NCBI GenBank assembly: GCA_900617105.1
Contig: UYFQ01000001.1
Span: 4,402,001 to 4,466,000, forward strand
DNA from: Hydrurus foetidus
Lineage: Eukaryota
Direction: 5' to 3'
Length of the DNA stretch: 64,000 bases
Part shown: piece after piece, positions 38,507-49,300 of the stretch
Position numbering within the stretch: position 1 is the stretch's first letter
Layout: each line of letters begins with the position of its first letter
Notes under the pieces: generated by a model
What the model was told of the DNA's origin: nothing
Seen by the model: the letters and a program-made list of their open reading frames with translations, nothing else
Database searches by the model: none
Position numbers and translations under genes: made by a program

Positions 38507-40003
38507 ATGGACGTTCTTAATCTGTTGATGCAGGGCTTTGCCACAGCGGCAACGCCGGCCAATTTGTTGTGGTGTTTTGTAGGTTGCGCATTGGGCACGG
38601 CAGTCGGCGTGTTGCCCGGTATTGGCCCGGCGGTTGCCGTGGCCATGTTGCTGCCGATTACCGCCAAGGTAGAGGCAACCGCCTCGATGATCTTTTTTGC
38701 AGGCATTTACTACGGCGCTATGTACGGCGGCTCGACCACTTCGATTTTGCTCAACACCCCGGGCGAAACGGCGAGCATGGTTACCGCCATGGAGGGCAAC
38801 AAAATGGCCAAAAGTGGGCGCGCTGGCGCCGCTCTGGCCACAGCTGCCATTGGCTCTTTTGTGGCCGGCACCATTGCCACGGTGCTGGTGACTTTGTTTG
38901 CGCCTATCGTGGCAGAACAAGCCGTTAAATTGGGGCCACCTGAATACTTCATGCTGATGGTGTTGGCTTTCACCACCGTGAGCGCGGTGCTGGGCAAAAG
39001 CACGGTGCGCGGGCTAACGGCGTTGTTTATTGGCCTGGCCGCGGGCTTGGTAGGTCTTGATCAAATTTCAGCGCAGGCCCGCTACACGGGCGGCATACCC
39101 GAGCTGCTGGACGGCATTGAAATTGTGCTGGTGGCGGTTGGTTTGTTTGCAGTGGCCGAGGCGCTGCACGCCGTGCTGTACGAAGGCAAGGTGGTCGATG
39201 TGCAGCACAACCTGAGCAAAGTGCACATGACAGGTAACGACTGGCGCCGTTCGTGGCCCGCCTGGCTGCGCGGCACGGCTATTGGCGTGCCGTTTGGCTG
39301 CATACCCGCTGGCGGCACAGAAATACCCACTTTTTTAAGCTACGCCACTGAGAAAAAACTGGCCAAAGACAACACTGAATTCGGCACCAAAGGCGCGATT
39401 GAAGGCGTTGCTGGCCCCGAGGCAGCTAACAATGCCACGGTAACGGCCGCCATGATTCCGCTGCTCACGCTGGGTATTCCTACGTCGAATACCACGGCCA
39501 TTTTGCTCGGGGCATTCCAAAACTACGGCATTCAGCCAGGGCCGCAGTTATTCACGTCTTCGTCAGCGCTGGTGTGGGCGCTGATTGCTTCGCTTTACAT
39601 CGGCAACGTGATGCTGCTGGTTTTAAATTTGCCGCTGGTTGGCCTGTGGGTCAAGTTGCTGAAAATTCCCAAGCCGTATTTGTATGCCGGCATTTTGATT
39701 TTTGCCACCGTGGGCGTTTACGGCATGCGCCAGAGCGCGTTCGATCTTTTCTTGCTGTACGCCATTGGCGTGCTGGGCGTGGTGATGCGGCGCTTCGATT
39801 TTCCAACGGCGCCCGTGGTGGTCGGCATGATTTTGGGCCCGTTGGCCGAAGCGCAATTGCGCAATGCCATGTCGATAGGCGAGGGCAGCGCAATGGTGTT
39901 TGTGCAGCGGCCCGTGTCGCTATTGCTTATCGGAGTGGTGGTTGCAGTACTGGTGCTGCCGCGGATTTTCAAGGCGTATTCTGCGAAAAACAAGCCCGCC
40001 TAG
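38507..40003 (+). CDS. tctA: tripartite tricarboxylate transporter large membrane subunit
   Basis: [33 protein letters not shown]. Confidence 0.96.
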   Translation: MDVLNLLMQGFATAATPANLLWCFVGCALGTAVGVLPGIGPAVAVAMLLPITAKVEATASMIFFAGIYYGAMYGGSTTSILLNTPGETASMVTAMEGNKMAKSGRAGAALATAAIGSFVAGTIATVLVTLFAPIVAEQAVKLGPPEYFMLMVLAFTTVSAVLGKSTVRGLTALFIGLAAGLVGLDQISAQARYTGGIPELLDGIEIVLVAVGLFAVAEALHAVLYEGKVVDVQHNLSKVHMTGNDWRRSWPAWLRGTAIGVPFGCIPAGGTEIPTFLSYATEKKLAKDNTEFGTKGAIEGVAGPEAANNATVTAAMIPLLTLGIPTSNTTAILLGAFQNYGIQPGPQLFTSSSALVWALIASLYIGNVMLLVLNLPLVGLWVKLLKIPKPYLYAGILIFATVGVYGMRQSAFDLFLLYAIGVLGVVMRRFDFPTAPVVVGMILGPLAEAQLRNAMSIGEGSAMVFVQRPVSLLLIGVVVAVLVLPRIFKAYSAKNKPA

Positions 40004-40052
40004 CCAACGGCTTTTGGCCAAGCAAGCTGCTCAACAGCTACTGCTATCGCTT

Positions 40053-40087
40053 CTGCTACTGCTACTGCTACTGCTACTGCTACTGCT
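40053..40087. repeat. (CTGCTA)5+ microsatellite overlapping the hemH stop
   Basis: Read directly from the sequence. Confidence 0.9.
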
Positions 40088-41183
40088 TGGCACCCAACGC
40101 CATTGCGGCTTGGTGTGAAGCAGCCAGTGCCGCAGTGTCAGGCCCAAGCTGCGTAGGCCAGCCTTGCAGGTGCTGGGCCGTGATGCCGCTCAGTGCATCA
40201 ATCCACAGCTGGCTGTCGTTCAGGCAATCGATGTAGGCAAACTTTTCGCCGCCTGCGTCGATAAACGCGTGCCGCGCTTCAAGGTTGATCTCTTCCAGCG
40301 TTTCGAGGCAGTCGCCCGTAAAACCCGGGCAGATCAAATCAACGCTTTTAACGCCGGCTTTAGCCAGCTCAATCAGCGTGGGTTCGGTGTAGGGCTCCAG
40401 CCATTTGGCTTTGCCAAAGCGCGATTGAAATGTGATTTGGTAGCGGTCTTTGCCAAGCTCTAACTTTTCAGCCAGCAGGCGGGCAGTTTTATAGCATTCG
40501 CAGTGGTACGGGTCGCCTAGCTGCAGCGTGCGCTCGGGCACGCCATGAAAGGTCATGATGAGCTTTTCGGCTTGTCCATTGGCCTGCCAGTGCGCCTTAA
40601 CTTTTGCGGCCAACGCATTGATGTAGCCGGGCGCGTCGTGGTAGTGGTTGATGAACCTGAACTCGGGCAGGCGACGAACTTTGCCCGCCCAGGCGTACAC
40701 CGCATCAAACACGCTGGCCGTGGTGGTAGCGCTGTACTGCGGGTAGGCGGGCAATATCAACACACGGGTTGCGCCGCTTTCTTTTAAAGCGTCTAGCTGC
40801 GAGGCTACCGACGGGTTGCCGTAGCGCATGGCGTATCGAACGTCGACGTGGTGGCCGCTGGCGACCAGCTTGTCGCCCAGCATGGCAGCCTGCTTTTGGG
40901 TCCAGACTTTGAGCGGCGAGCCCTCGGGCAGCCAAATGCTGGCGTACTTGGCGGCTGACTTTTTGGGGCGAATCCGCAAAATAATGCCGTACAAAATAAC
41001 CAGCCAGAGCAAGCGCGGTATTTCTACCACGCGAGGGTCGCTTAAAAATTCAGCCAAATAACGGCGCAGCGCGGGGGCCGTGGGCGCGTCAGGCGTTCCC
41101 AGGTTGCAAAACAACACTGCCGTTGAATGTGTAGCGGTGGGGACAGGGCCATGGTGGAAGGTCGGTTCTTTGGAAAACGGCAT
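40080..41183 (-). CDS. hemH: ferrochelatase
   Basis: NLGTP, FLSDPRVVE, FHGVP, FQSRFG..WLEP, DCLETLEEI. Confidence 0.96.
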   Translation of the reverse strand: MPFSKEPTFHHGPVPTATHSTAVLFCNLGTPDAPTAPALRRYLAEFLSDPRVVEIPRLLWLVILYGIILRIRPKKSAAKYASIWLPEGSPLKVWTQKQAAMLGDKLVASGHHVDVRYAMRYGNPSVASQLDALKESGATRVLILPAYPQYSATTTASVFDAVYAWAGKVRRLPEFRFINHYHDAPGYINALAAKVKAHWQANGQAEKLIMTFHGVPERTLQLGDPYHCECYKTARLLAEKLELGKDRYQITFQSRFGKAKWLEPYTEPTLIELAKAGVKSVDLICPGFTGDCLETLEEINLEARHAFIDAGGEKFAYIDCLNDSQLWIDALSGITAQHLQGWPTQLGPDTAALAASHQAAMALGAKQ

Positions 41184-41217
41184 GCGTTATTCTCGCGCAG
41201 TACCCAATCACTTGCTT

Positions 41218-41931
41218 ATGCTCGATCTAAAAATAGTTAAAGCAATCACCCTTGACCTCGACGACACCTTGTGGCCGGTGTGGCCCACCATCGAGAGGGC
41301 TGAAAAAGCCCTCGGCAGCTGGCTGGACACACATGCACCCATGATGGCGGCGCTTTTTGCAAACCCGGCTGCGCGCGACGACATTCGCGCTTATGTGCTG
41401 CGTACGCGGCCCGAACTCAAACATAACTTCAGTGCAGTGCGGCGTGAGGCTATTCGCCTGGCGCTTTATCGGTCTAAAGAAGACCCGTTGATGGCTGACG
41501 AGGCGTTTGAAGTGTTTTTTGCTGAAAGAAACCGGGTCACGTTGTTTGACGATGCCCTGCCCGCGCTGGCGTTTTTGTCGTCTCGCTTCCCTGTGGTGGC
41601 GCTGTCAAATGGCAACGCCGACGTTCACCGGGTCGGCGTGGGCAGCTACTTTGCGGCCAGCATCAGCGCGCAAGAGTTTGGCTCGGGCAAGCCGGACCCG
41701 CGAATTTTTCATGCAGCGGCAGGAGCGGTCAACGTGCCGGTTGAAAACGTTTTGCATATTGGTGATGACGCGGCGCTCGACGTGCTGGGCGCATTGAATG
41801 CAGGTATGCAGACGGCTTGGCTCACCCGCGCTGGCGAGCCGTGGCCGCACGATAACCAGCCCCACATCACCGTGACTGATTTAACCCAACTGTGCGACTA
41901 CTTGGGCATGGCAGAAGAAACCACGGCTTGA
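41218..41931 (+). CDS. HAD family hydrolase (YigB-like)
   Basis: DLDDTLW, SNGN, KPD, HIGDD..LDV. Confidence 0.9.
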   Translation: MLDLKIVKAITLDLDDTLWPVWPTIERAEKALGSWLDTHAPMMAALFANPAARDDIRAYVLRTRPELKHNFSAVRREAIRLALYRSKEDPLMADEAFEVFFAERNRVTLFDDALPALAFLSSRFPVVALSNGNADVHRVGVGSYFAASISAQEFGSGKPDPRIFHAAAGAVNVPVENVLHIGDDAALDVLGALNAGMQTAWLTRAGEPWPHDNQPHITVTDLTQLCDYLGMAEETTA

Positions 41932-41990
41932 AGCAAAAAAGCCGCGAAGTCGGCAAACTCGGTGAAATCGGCTCAGATTACCTATGTTTA

Positions 41991-42040
41991 AGGGCTCTAG
42001 CCCAATAAATACTTGAGCTAGCAGCTATTTATTTAATAGC
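41991..42040 (+). repeat. REP-like element copy 9 (overlaps the hpnE stop)
   Basis: GGCTCTAGCCCAATAAATACTTGAGCTAGCAGCTATTTATTTAATAGC. Confidence 0.8.
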
Positions 42041-43350
42041 GATGCGGCTTGCAACCCAGAGCGTACTGCGCCTTCAAGCGTGGCGGGGTAGGGGCCATCG
42101 ACATAGTCGCCGGCTGCCACCAAGCCAGCCGCAATGTGCTGAGGGGGCCTTTGCAGGTTGGGCGTGCAGGCAAACGTGGCCCGCTTTTCAACAATGGTTT
42201 GCAAAACGGCCAGGTCGTGCAAGCCTAGCTGCGCAGTTGCTTGCGCCGTGACTCGGCTGGCCAGCGTTTGCGCGTCTGCATTGCTGGCGCTGATGACAAA
42301 TGCCAGCAGACCCGCGGGGCCGCCTAGCTGGCCACGGTCAAATACAAACTGGGCGGGAAACTGGCTGTCTGAGCGCAGCGCCAGCATGGGTTGGGCCAGC
42401 GGCCCGGCGCTGCTCAGCGCGTACACCGTGGTGATGGCTTCGTAAGTCAGTTGGTTGGCTCTGTTCAGCCAGGCCGCGCAGGGCAAGCCCGTAGTCTGCA
42501 GCAGATTGATGGCAGCGTTGACAGGGCAGGCCAGAATAACTTGATCAAAATGGGCGGCTTCGCAGCCAACTTCCAATCGATCATCGATTTGATCCGCTGC
42601 TCCGCCCACCGCCAGCCCAACCTGCCAGCGAGCGCCAAGCAACGCCAGTTGATTCACGCGGCTACCCATCTTTACGGTTGCCCCGTTCGCGCTCAGCCAG
42701 GCGATTGCCGCATCAGGCAGCAGGGCGCTTAAATCAACGCGCGGCAGCAGCAAGTTTGACCCGCCTGTTGTGCTGAACAAGGCATCACGCAGCACCCGCA
42801 AAAACACTTGCCCACTGGCCCGGTCTGCCGGGGTGTTAAGCGCCGACACACACAGCGGCTCAATCAGCGTGGCCATGACTTGCGGCGTGAGCTTGCGGCA
42901 CAGCTCGGCCACAGATTGCGCCGGCGGACACTGAAATTTGCGCAACTGCCAAGCTGTGGCCGTGGTGAGAAGAGATGCCTTGTCGCGCCAAGACCAGCCC
43001 TTGGCGCTGGCAATGCCCAGCAAGGCGTCGAGCGGCGCAGGCCAGTGGGCCAGTTGCAGGCCCGAGCCGTTGGGGAACTGCATGCTCAAGGGGACGCGCA
43101 GCATGGCGGTGTCCGCATCTACGCCTAAATCTGCCATGAGTTTGAGGGTTTCTGAATACGCGCCGATCAAAATATGCTGGCCGTTATCAAGCGCCCATGT
43201 TTTGCCGTTGTGCGTAACGTCTACCCGCCTGGCGCGGCCACCCGGGGTGCGTGCAGCTTCAAACAACGTGACTTGGTGGCCAAGGCGAACGGCTTGAACT
43301 GCGGCGGCGCAGCCCGCCCACCCTGCGCCTATCACCGCCACGTTCAACAT
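42025..43350 (-). CDS. hpnE: hydroxysqualene dehydroxylase
   Basis: GAGWAG, LDNGQH, EKRATF, YPATLEGAVRSG. Confidence 0.92.
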   Translation of the reverse strand: MLNVAVIGAGWAGCAAAVQAVRLGHQVTLFEAARTPGGRARRVDVTHNGKTWALDNGQHILIGAYSETLKLMADLGVDADTAMLRVPLSMQFPNGSGLQLAHWPAPLDALLGIASAKGWSWRDKASLLTTATAWQLRKFQCPPAQSVAELCRKLTPQVMATLIEPLCVSALNTPADRASGQVFLRVLRDALFSTTGGSNLLLPRVDLSALLPDAAIAWLSANGATVKMGSRVNQLALLGARWQVGLAVGGAADQIDDRLEVGCEAAHFDQVILACPVNAAINLLQTTGLPCAAWLNRANQLTYEAITTVYALSSAGPLAQPMLALRSDSQFPAQFVFDRGQLGGPAGLLAFVISASNADAQTLASRVTAQATAQLGLHDLAVLQTIVEKRATFACTPNLQRPPQHIAAGLVAAGDYVDGPYPATLEGAVRSGLQAASLLNK

Positions 43351-43357
43351 ACGGCCC

Positions 43358-44200
43358 TCAAACGACGCGGCCAAAAGCCTGGGTTTTCCAGGCCAGATAA
43401 AACTTGCGCAGTGGCGTCAGGCTGTTGCGCTGGTGCAGCACCTGGTAGTTATCAAGCGCGATTTCTTTGAGTAGCGTTCGGTAAATGCTGGCCATCATCA
43501 GCCCAGGCTTTTGCGCTCTGGCGTCTTGCGCGGGTAGCAAAGCCAGCGCCTCGTCGTACAGCGCCAACGCGCGCTGGGTTTGAAACGCCATCAGCTGGCT
43601 GAAGCGATCAGAGTATTCGCGCTTTAACACCTCATGCGCTTTAACGTCGAACTGCTGCAGCTCAGAAATCGGCAAATAAATACGGCCGCGCTGCGCGTCT
43701 TCGCCGACGTCACGAATAATGTTGGTCAGCTGAAACGCCAACCCCAATTTGTGCGCGTAGGCGGTCGTGGCGTCTTGGGTTTGACCAAAAATACGCGCCG
43801 CTACTTCTCCAACAATGCCCGCCACCAAGTGGCAGTAGCGCTGCAAGTTTGCAAAGTCAAGGTAACGGGTTTGAACCAAGTCCATCTGGCAGCCTTCAAT
43901 TACCGCCAGCAAGTGGCGCGCTTCAATGCCATAAACCGGTGCCAACGGCATGAGCGCTTTCATCACCGGGTGCGTTGGCTCGCCCGCGTAAGCCTTGGCA
44001 ACTTCGCCTTGCCACCAAGCCAGCTTGGTTTGCGCCACGCCGGCGTCAATAACTTCATCCACCACATCATCAATCTCGCGGCAAAAGGCGTAAAACGCCG
44101 TGATGGCTGCGCGGCGCTCTTTAGGTAAAAACAAAAATGCGTAATAAAAACTGCTGCCTGATGAAGCGGCCTTTTGCTGAACGTACTGCTCTGGGGTCAT
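43358..44200 (-). CDS. hpnD: presqualene diphosphate synthase
   Basis: SGSSFYYAF, DDVVDE, QLTNIIRDVGED. Confidence 0.94.
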   Translation of the reverse strand: MTPEQYVQQKAASSGSSFYYAFLFLPKERRAAITAFYAFCREIDDVVDEVIDAGVAQTKLAWWQGEVAKAYAGEPTHPVMKALMPLAPVYGIEARHLLAVIEGCQMDLVQTRYLDFANLQRYCHLVAGIVGEVAARIFGQTQDATTAYAHKLGLAFQLTNIIRDVGEDAQRGRIYLPISELQQFDVKAHEVLKREYSDRFSQLMAFQTQRALALYDEALALLPAQDARAQKPGLMMASIYRTLLKEIALDNYQVLHQRNSLTPLRKFYLAWKTQAFGRVV

Positions 44201-44225
44201 GACCGTAATTGTTGCATGACCGCTT

Positions 44226-45068
44226 TCACATCCACAGCGCACGCCATGCCATTACCGCTGTGTCCCAAGCATTTAATTTAGGTCGCGTTTGCAAAGTGCT
44301 GAACTTAATTTGCTCGATCTTTTCAGCAATGCGCAGGCCGCCTTGCGCCACCAGCCTGAGCTCCCAGCCCGAACGGCCCGGCACTTTTTTCACCAGCGGT
44401 GCGCCTTGCTTCATCAAGGTTTGCGCCCATTTCAGGTTGGCTGCTACCAGAGCGGTGGTGGCTGGGTTTACATCCCGCTGAAGCAACTGCGCCTCGTCAA
44501 CGCTGTTTTTTTTAAACCCGTCAGCAGGCAGATAAATGCGGCCGTTCGCAATGTCAACGCTCAGGTCTTGCCAAAAATTAATCAATTGCAGGGCTGTGCA
44601 AATGCTGTCGCTTTGGGCGAGCGATTCAGCGTCGGTGACTTTGTACAAATGCAGCAGCAAGCGCCCCACGGGGTTGGCTGAGCGGCGGCAATATTCCAGC
44701 AGTTCGCCTTGGTCGGCATAGCGGGTTTTAACGATATCTTGCTCAAAAGCGCTGAGCAAATCTTCTAGTAAATTTACGGGCAACGCATGCTGCGCCATCG
44801 CTTTGCCTAGCGGCGTAAAAACCGTTGACCAGCGATTGGACGCTGGCACACCTGCTGCACAGGCTGCCAAGTCAGCGCGGTAAGCGGCGAGGTCTTTAAG
44901 GCGTTGCTCAGGGGCAGCATCGCCTTCATCAGCCAAGTCATCGGCAGTTCGCGCAAACCAATAAATGGCGGCAATGGCTGGCCGCAGCGCTGGCGGGCAC
45001 AAAAACGAAGCAACCGGAAAGTTTTCGTAGTGCTCGACACCATGGATTGGGTTGGGGCCTAGGGACAT
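44226..45068 (-). CDS. hpnC: hydroxysqualene synthase
   Basis: HYENFPVAS, ADDLADE, SANPVGR, QLINFWQD. Confidence 0.94.
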   Translation of the reverse strand: MSLGPNPIHGVEHYENFPVASFLCPPALRPAIAAIYWFARTADDLADEGDAAPEQRLKDLAAYRADLAACAAGVPASNRWSTVFTPLGKAMAQHALPVNLLEDLLSAFEQDIVKTRYADQGELLEYCRRSANPVGRLLLHLYKVTDAESLAQSDSICTALQLINFWQDLSVDIANGRIYLPADGFKKNSVDEAQLLQRDVNPATTALVAANLKWAQTLMKQGAPLVKKVPGRSGWELRLVAQGGLRIAEKIEQIKFSTLQTRPKLNAWDTAVMAWRALWM

Positions 45069-45083
45069 TGGCGAGATTGTCGC

Positions 45084-45132
45084 TTGACAATTTTGCGCCT
45101 TTATTTTAAATTACTAACCAGTCAGTCAGTAA
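45084..45132 (+). promoter_or_regulatory. sigma70 promoter with overlapping TetR-type operator for the RND pump
   Basis: TTGACA-N17-TAAATT, and imperfect palindrome TTACTAACCAGTCAGTCAGTAA at 45111-45132. Confidence 0.65.
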
Positions 45133-45133
45133 T

Positions 45134-46381
45134 ATGAATTTACCCGAAATCATCATGAAAACATCCCATTTCCGAACTAGCAGCGCCTTGGCTTTGGCAC
45201 TTATGTTGCTGGCGGCTTGTTCTAAACCTGTAACACCAGAGGAGCCGGTAAGGGCGGTCAAAGTCATGACGGTAGGTGTAAACGCTTTTTCGTCGGGCTA
45301 CGAGTTTTCGGGTGAGGTCAAAGCGCAGCTTGAAAGCCGTCTCGGCTTCCGGGTGGGCGGCAAAATCATCAAGCGCCAGGCAGAGCTTGGCCAGCGCGTC
45401 AAAGTTGGGCAGGTGCTGGCGCAAATTGATCCGCAAGATTACAAGCTGGCCTTTGATTCGGCCCGGGCGCAGTTGCGTGCCGCTGCTACCAACCGCGATC
45501 TGGCTGCGGCCGACTACAAGCGCTACAAAGAACTCAAAGAGCAAAACTTTATCAGCGGTGCAGAACTTGAGCGGCGTGAAAGCGTTTTGAAGGCCGCCCA
45601 AGCCCAGGTTGATCAAGCCCAGGCGCAGGTGGCGGTGCAGGGCAATCAGGCAGGCTATGCATCACTGGTGGCCGATGTGTCTGGCGTAGTGACGGCAATT
45701 GAGGCCGAGCCTGGCCAGGTGGTGGCCGCTGGCGCGCCTGTGGTGCGTATTGCCGCAGACGGCCCGCGCGATGTGGTGTTTTCAGTCCCAGAAGACAAGG
45801 TAGCTGGTATTCAACCCGGCATGCCCGTCAAGGTGCGCGGCTGGGCGCAAGACGCACAAGCAGCTTTGATGACGGCCAAAGTGCGCGAGGTTTCTGCCAG
45901 CGCCGACCCGGTCACCCGTACCTATTTGGTCAAGCTGGCACTGAGCGGCGACGGCACGTCGCCCCCGCTGGGCGCTACGGTTTATGTGCTGCCCGAGGGG
46001 CTGGGCGGTGTGCAGGGCATGCCGGTTATCAAGCTGCCTACCAGCGCGCTCAGGCGCGACGGCCAGGCCAGCGCCGTGTGGGTGCTGGACAAAGCCAGCA
46101 TGACGGTGAAATCACAAACCGTGCAAATCGCCACAGCTGACGGTAATGAGGCCGTGATTGCCGCAGGCCTGCAGCCCGGCATGCTGGTGGTCAGCGCGGG
46201 TGTGCATGTGCTGTCACCGGGTCAAAAAGTCACTATTTATGCTGAGAAAGTGGCTGTAGCCCAGGAGAATCGGGCGCAAACAGCTATTAATCCGATAGCA
46301 AGTGACGCGGCTGCCGTGAAGCTTGCTGCATCTGCTGCGCCAGCCGCGGCCCGTGCGGCATCAGTTCCTGCAGCAAAGTAG
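45134..46381 (+). CDS. RND efflux periplasmic adaptor (lipoprotein)
   Basis: LAAC lipobox, LGFRVGGKI, ADPVTRTY. Confidence 0.93.
   Translation: MNLPEIIMKTSHFRTSSALALALMLLAACSKPVTPEEPVRAVKVMTVGVNAFSSGYEFSGEVKAQLESRLGFRVGGKIIKRQAELGQRVKVGQVLAQIDPQDYKLAFDSARAQLRAAATNRDLAAADYKRYKELKEQNFISGAELERRESVLKAAQAQVDQAQAQVAVQGNQAGYASLVADVSGVVTAIEAEPGQVVAAGAPVVRIAADGPRDVVFSVPEDKVAGIQPGMPVKVRGWAQDAQAALMTAKVREVSASADPVTRTYLVKLALSGDGTSPPLGATVYVLPEGLGGVQGMPVIKLPTSALRRDGQASAVWVLDKASMTVKSQTVQIATADGNEAVIAAGLQPGMLVVSAGVHVLSPGQKVTIYAEKVAVAQENRAQTAINPIASDAAAVKLAASAAPAAARAASVPAAK
46235..46300 (+). repeat. REP-like element copy 10 (in-frame in the adaptor C-terminal tail)
   Basis: GGCTGTAGCCCAGGAGAATCGGGCGCAAACAGCTATTAATCCGATAGC. 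Confidence 0.8.
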
Positions 46382-46387
46382 GCCAGC

Positions 46388-49300
46388 ATGACACCGAACC
46401 CAGATCCATCGGGCGTTGGCCCATCAAAATTCAATGTGTCCAAGTGGGCGCTGGACCACCCCGCGCTTACCCGTTACTTGATGCTGGTGCTGATGCTGCT
46501 CGGCTTTGCGGCGTATTTTCAGTTGGGGCAAGACGAAGACCCGCCGTTTACGTTCAGGGCCATGGTGGTGCGCACTTATTGGCCGGGCGCTACGGCGCAG
46601 CAGGTAGCAGAGCAGGTTACCGACAAGATTGAGCGCACGCTTCAAGAAGTGCCTTACGCCGACAAAATTCGCAGCTATTCCAAGCCTGGCGAGTCGCAGA
46701 TTATTTTTCAGGTCAAAGACGTTATCAAGGGCGCGGACGTTAGCAACACTTGGTACACAGTGCGCAAGAAAATTGGCGACATGCGCGCCACCTTGCCGGC
46801 TGGGGTGCAAGGCCCGTTTTTCAACGACGAGTTTGGTGATGTGTACGGCGTGATTTATGCGCTGGAGTCAGACGGCTTTAACTACGCTGAACTGAAGACC
46901 TTCGCAGACGATGTACGCCAGCAGTTACTGCGCGTGCCAGACGTGTCCAAAGTGGAGTTGTTTGGCGCGCAAGACGAAAAAATCTTTATCGAAATTTCGC
47001 AAAAACGACTAGCGCAATTGGGGGTGGACTTTAATCAGGTGCTTAGCCAATTGGCCCAGCAAAACGCGGTGGAGTCTAGTGGCGCGCTGCAAACCCCGCT
47101 TGATGTGGTGCAGGTGCGGGTAGCGGGGCAATTTCTGGCCATTGAAGAGCTGCGTGCCATGCCGATTCGCGGTGCCGGTTACGGCGCTGGCACCAGCGCG
47201 GCGGGCAGCCAGCTTCGGCTTGGCGATATTGCAGAGATCAAACGCGGCTATGTTGACCCGCCATCGATCAAGGTGCGCCACCAAGGCAAAGAAGTCATTG
47301 CTATTGGTGTGTCCATGATCAAGGGTGGCGACATCATCAAGCTGGGCAAATCACTTAAAACATTGACTGCTCAAGTCGGCCGAAGCCTGCCCGCTGGCGT
47401 CAAGATGGTGCAAATACAAGACCAGCCTACGGCCGTGGCTACGTCGGTCAATGAGTTTGTCAGCGTACTGATTGAAGCAGTCGTTATTGTGCTGGCGGTC
47501 AGCTTTATTGCGTTGGGCTTTCATAAGCGCTCAACGCTAGCCGGTCAGCGCTTGCCTTTGTACAAGCGCTACTACATCGACATTCGGCCGGGGCTGGTGG
47601 TGGGCATCACCATTCCACTGGTGTTGGGCGTGACGTTTTTAGCGATGCTTTATTTTGGCATTGGGCTGCATAAAATTTCGCTTGGCTCGCTCATCATCGC
47701 GCTCGGCTTGTTGGTCGACGACGCCATCATTGCGGTTGAAATGATGGTGCGCAAAATGGAAGAGGGCTACGACAAAGTGCGCGCTGCTACCTTTGCCTAT
47801 GACGTTACCGCCATGCCGATGCTGACTGGTACGTTGATCACTGCTGCAGGCTTTTTGCCAATTGGCTTGGCGAAATCTGTGACGGGCGAATACACCTATG
47901 CGATTTTTGCGGTAACGGTCATTGCGCTGGTGCTGAGCTGGATTGTGTCGGTGTACTTCGTGCCGTACCTGGGCACGCTGCTGCTTAAAAAACCTGACCA
48001 TGTGGTGGAAAAAGCGAGAGATGACATTAGCGAGCACAGTGCAGGCGGTGAAGGTCACGAAATGTTCAACTCGCCCTTCTACAACGTATTTCGCAAAGCA
48101 GTGAACTGGTGCGTGCAATACCGCTGGGTCACCATCGGTGCAACGGTGCTCATTTTTGCGCTCGGCATTGTGGGCATGGGCAAGGTGCAGCAGCAGTTTT
48201 TTCCTGACTCAAGCCGACCAGAAATCATGCTGGACATCTGGTTTCCTGAAGGCACCTCATTTGCCGCCAACGAGGCGACCGCCAAACGGGTTGAGGCAAG
48301 GCTACTCAAAGAAGAGGGCGTAACGTCCGTTAGCACCTGGGTAGGGTCAGGCGTGCCGCGCTTTTATTTGCCGCTGGATCAGGTCTTCCCGCAAACCAAT
48401 GTGTCGCAGTTCATCGTATTGCCGCAAGACCTGAAGGTACGGGAGTCGCTGCGCATCAAGCTGCCAGCGTTGATGGCGCAAGAGTTCCCTGAAGTTCGGG
48501 GCCGCGTGAAATTGCTGCCGAACGGCCCGCCCGTGCCTTACCCGGTGCAGTTCCGTGTGGTGGGCAGCGACCCGCTTGTGCTGCGCGAGCGCGCGGACGA
48601 GGTCAAAGCAATATTTCGCGAAAGCGCCAATACCCGGGGCGTGAACGACAACTGGAACGAGTCGGTCAAAGTGCTGCGGCTGGAAGTCGATCAGTCTAAA
48701 GCGCGGGCCCTTGGTGTCACCAGCCAGTCGATTGCGCAAGCTTCCCGCACCATTTTGTCGGGTAGCAATGTCGGGCAGTTCCGCGAGGGCGACAAACTGA
48801 TTGACATCGTGCTGCGCCAGCCGCTGGATGAGCGCAACGCCATTACCGACATTGCGAACGCTTATTTGCCCACCGCATCGGGTAAGTCAATTCCGCTGAC
48901 GCAAATAGCCAAGCCGGTGTTTGCCTGGGAGCCAGGGGTGATGTGGCGCGAAGGTCGCAACTACGCCATCACCGTGCAAAGCGACATCATTGAAGGCCTG
49001 CAAGGCGCCACCGTCAGCAACGAGCTGTCGCCCAAACTCAAAGCGCTGGAAGAAAAATGGAAAACGCAGGGTTTTGGCGGCTACCGGGTTGAGGTGGCTG
49101 GTGCGGTCGAGGAAAGCAGCAAAGGCTCAGCGTCTATCGTCGCAGGCGTGCCCATCATGCTGTTTTTAACATTCACATTGCTGATGCTCCAACTACAAAG
49201 CTTTAGCCGCGCCATGCTGGTATTTTTAACCGGGCCGCTCGGTATTGCTGGTGTGGCGGGCGCGCTGCTGCTGCTGGGCAGACCGTTCGGCTTTGTTGCG

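Noticed and set aside
39574..40236. ORF with a CYCYCYCY tract, and the poly-Leu ORF at 39900-40118
   Set aside because: Translations of the CTGCTA microsatellite overlapping tctA and hemH, not real metal-binding or membrane proteins.
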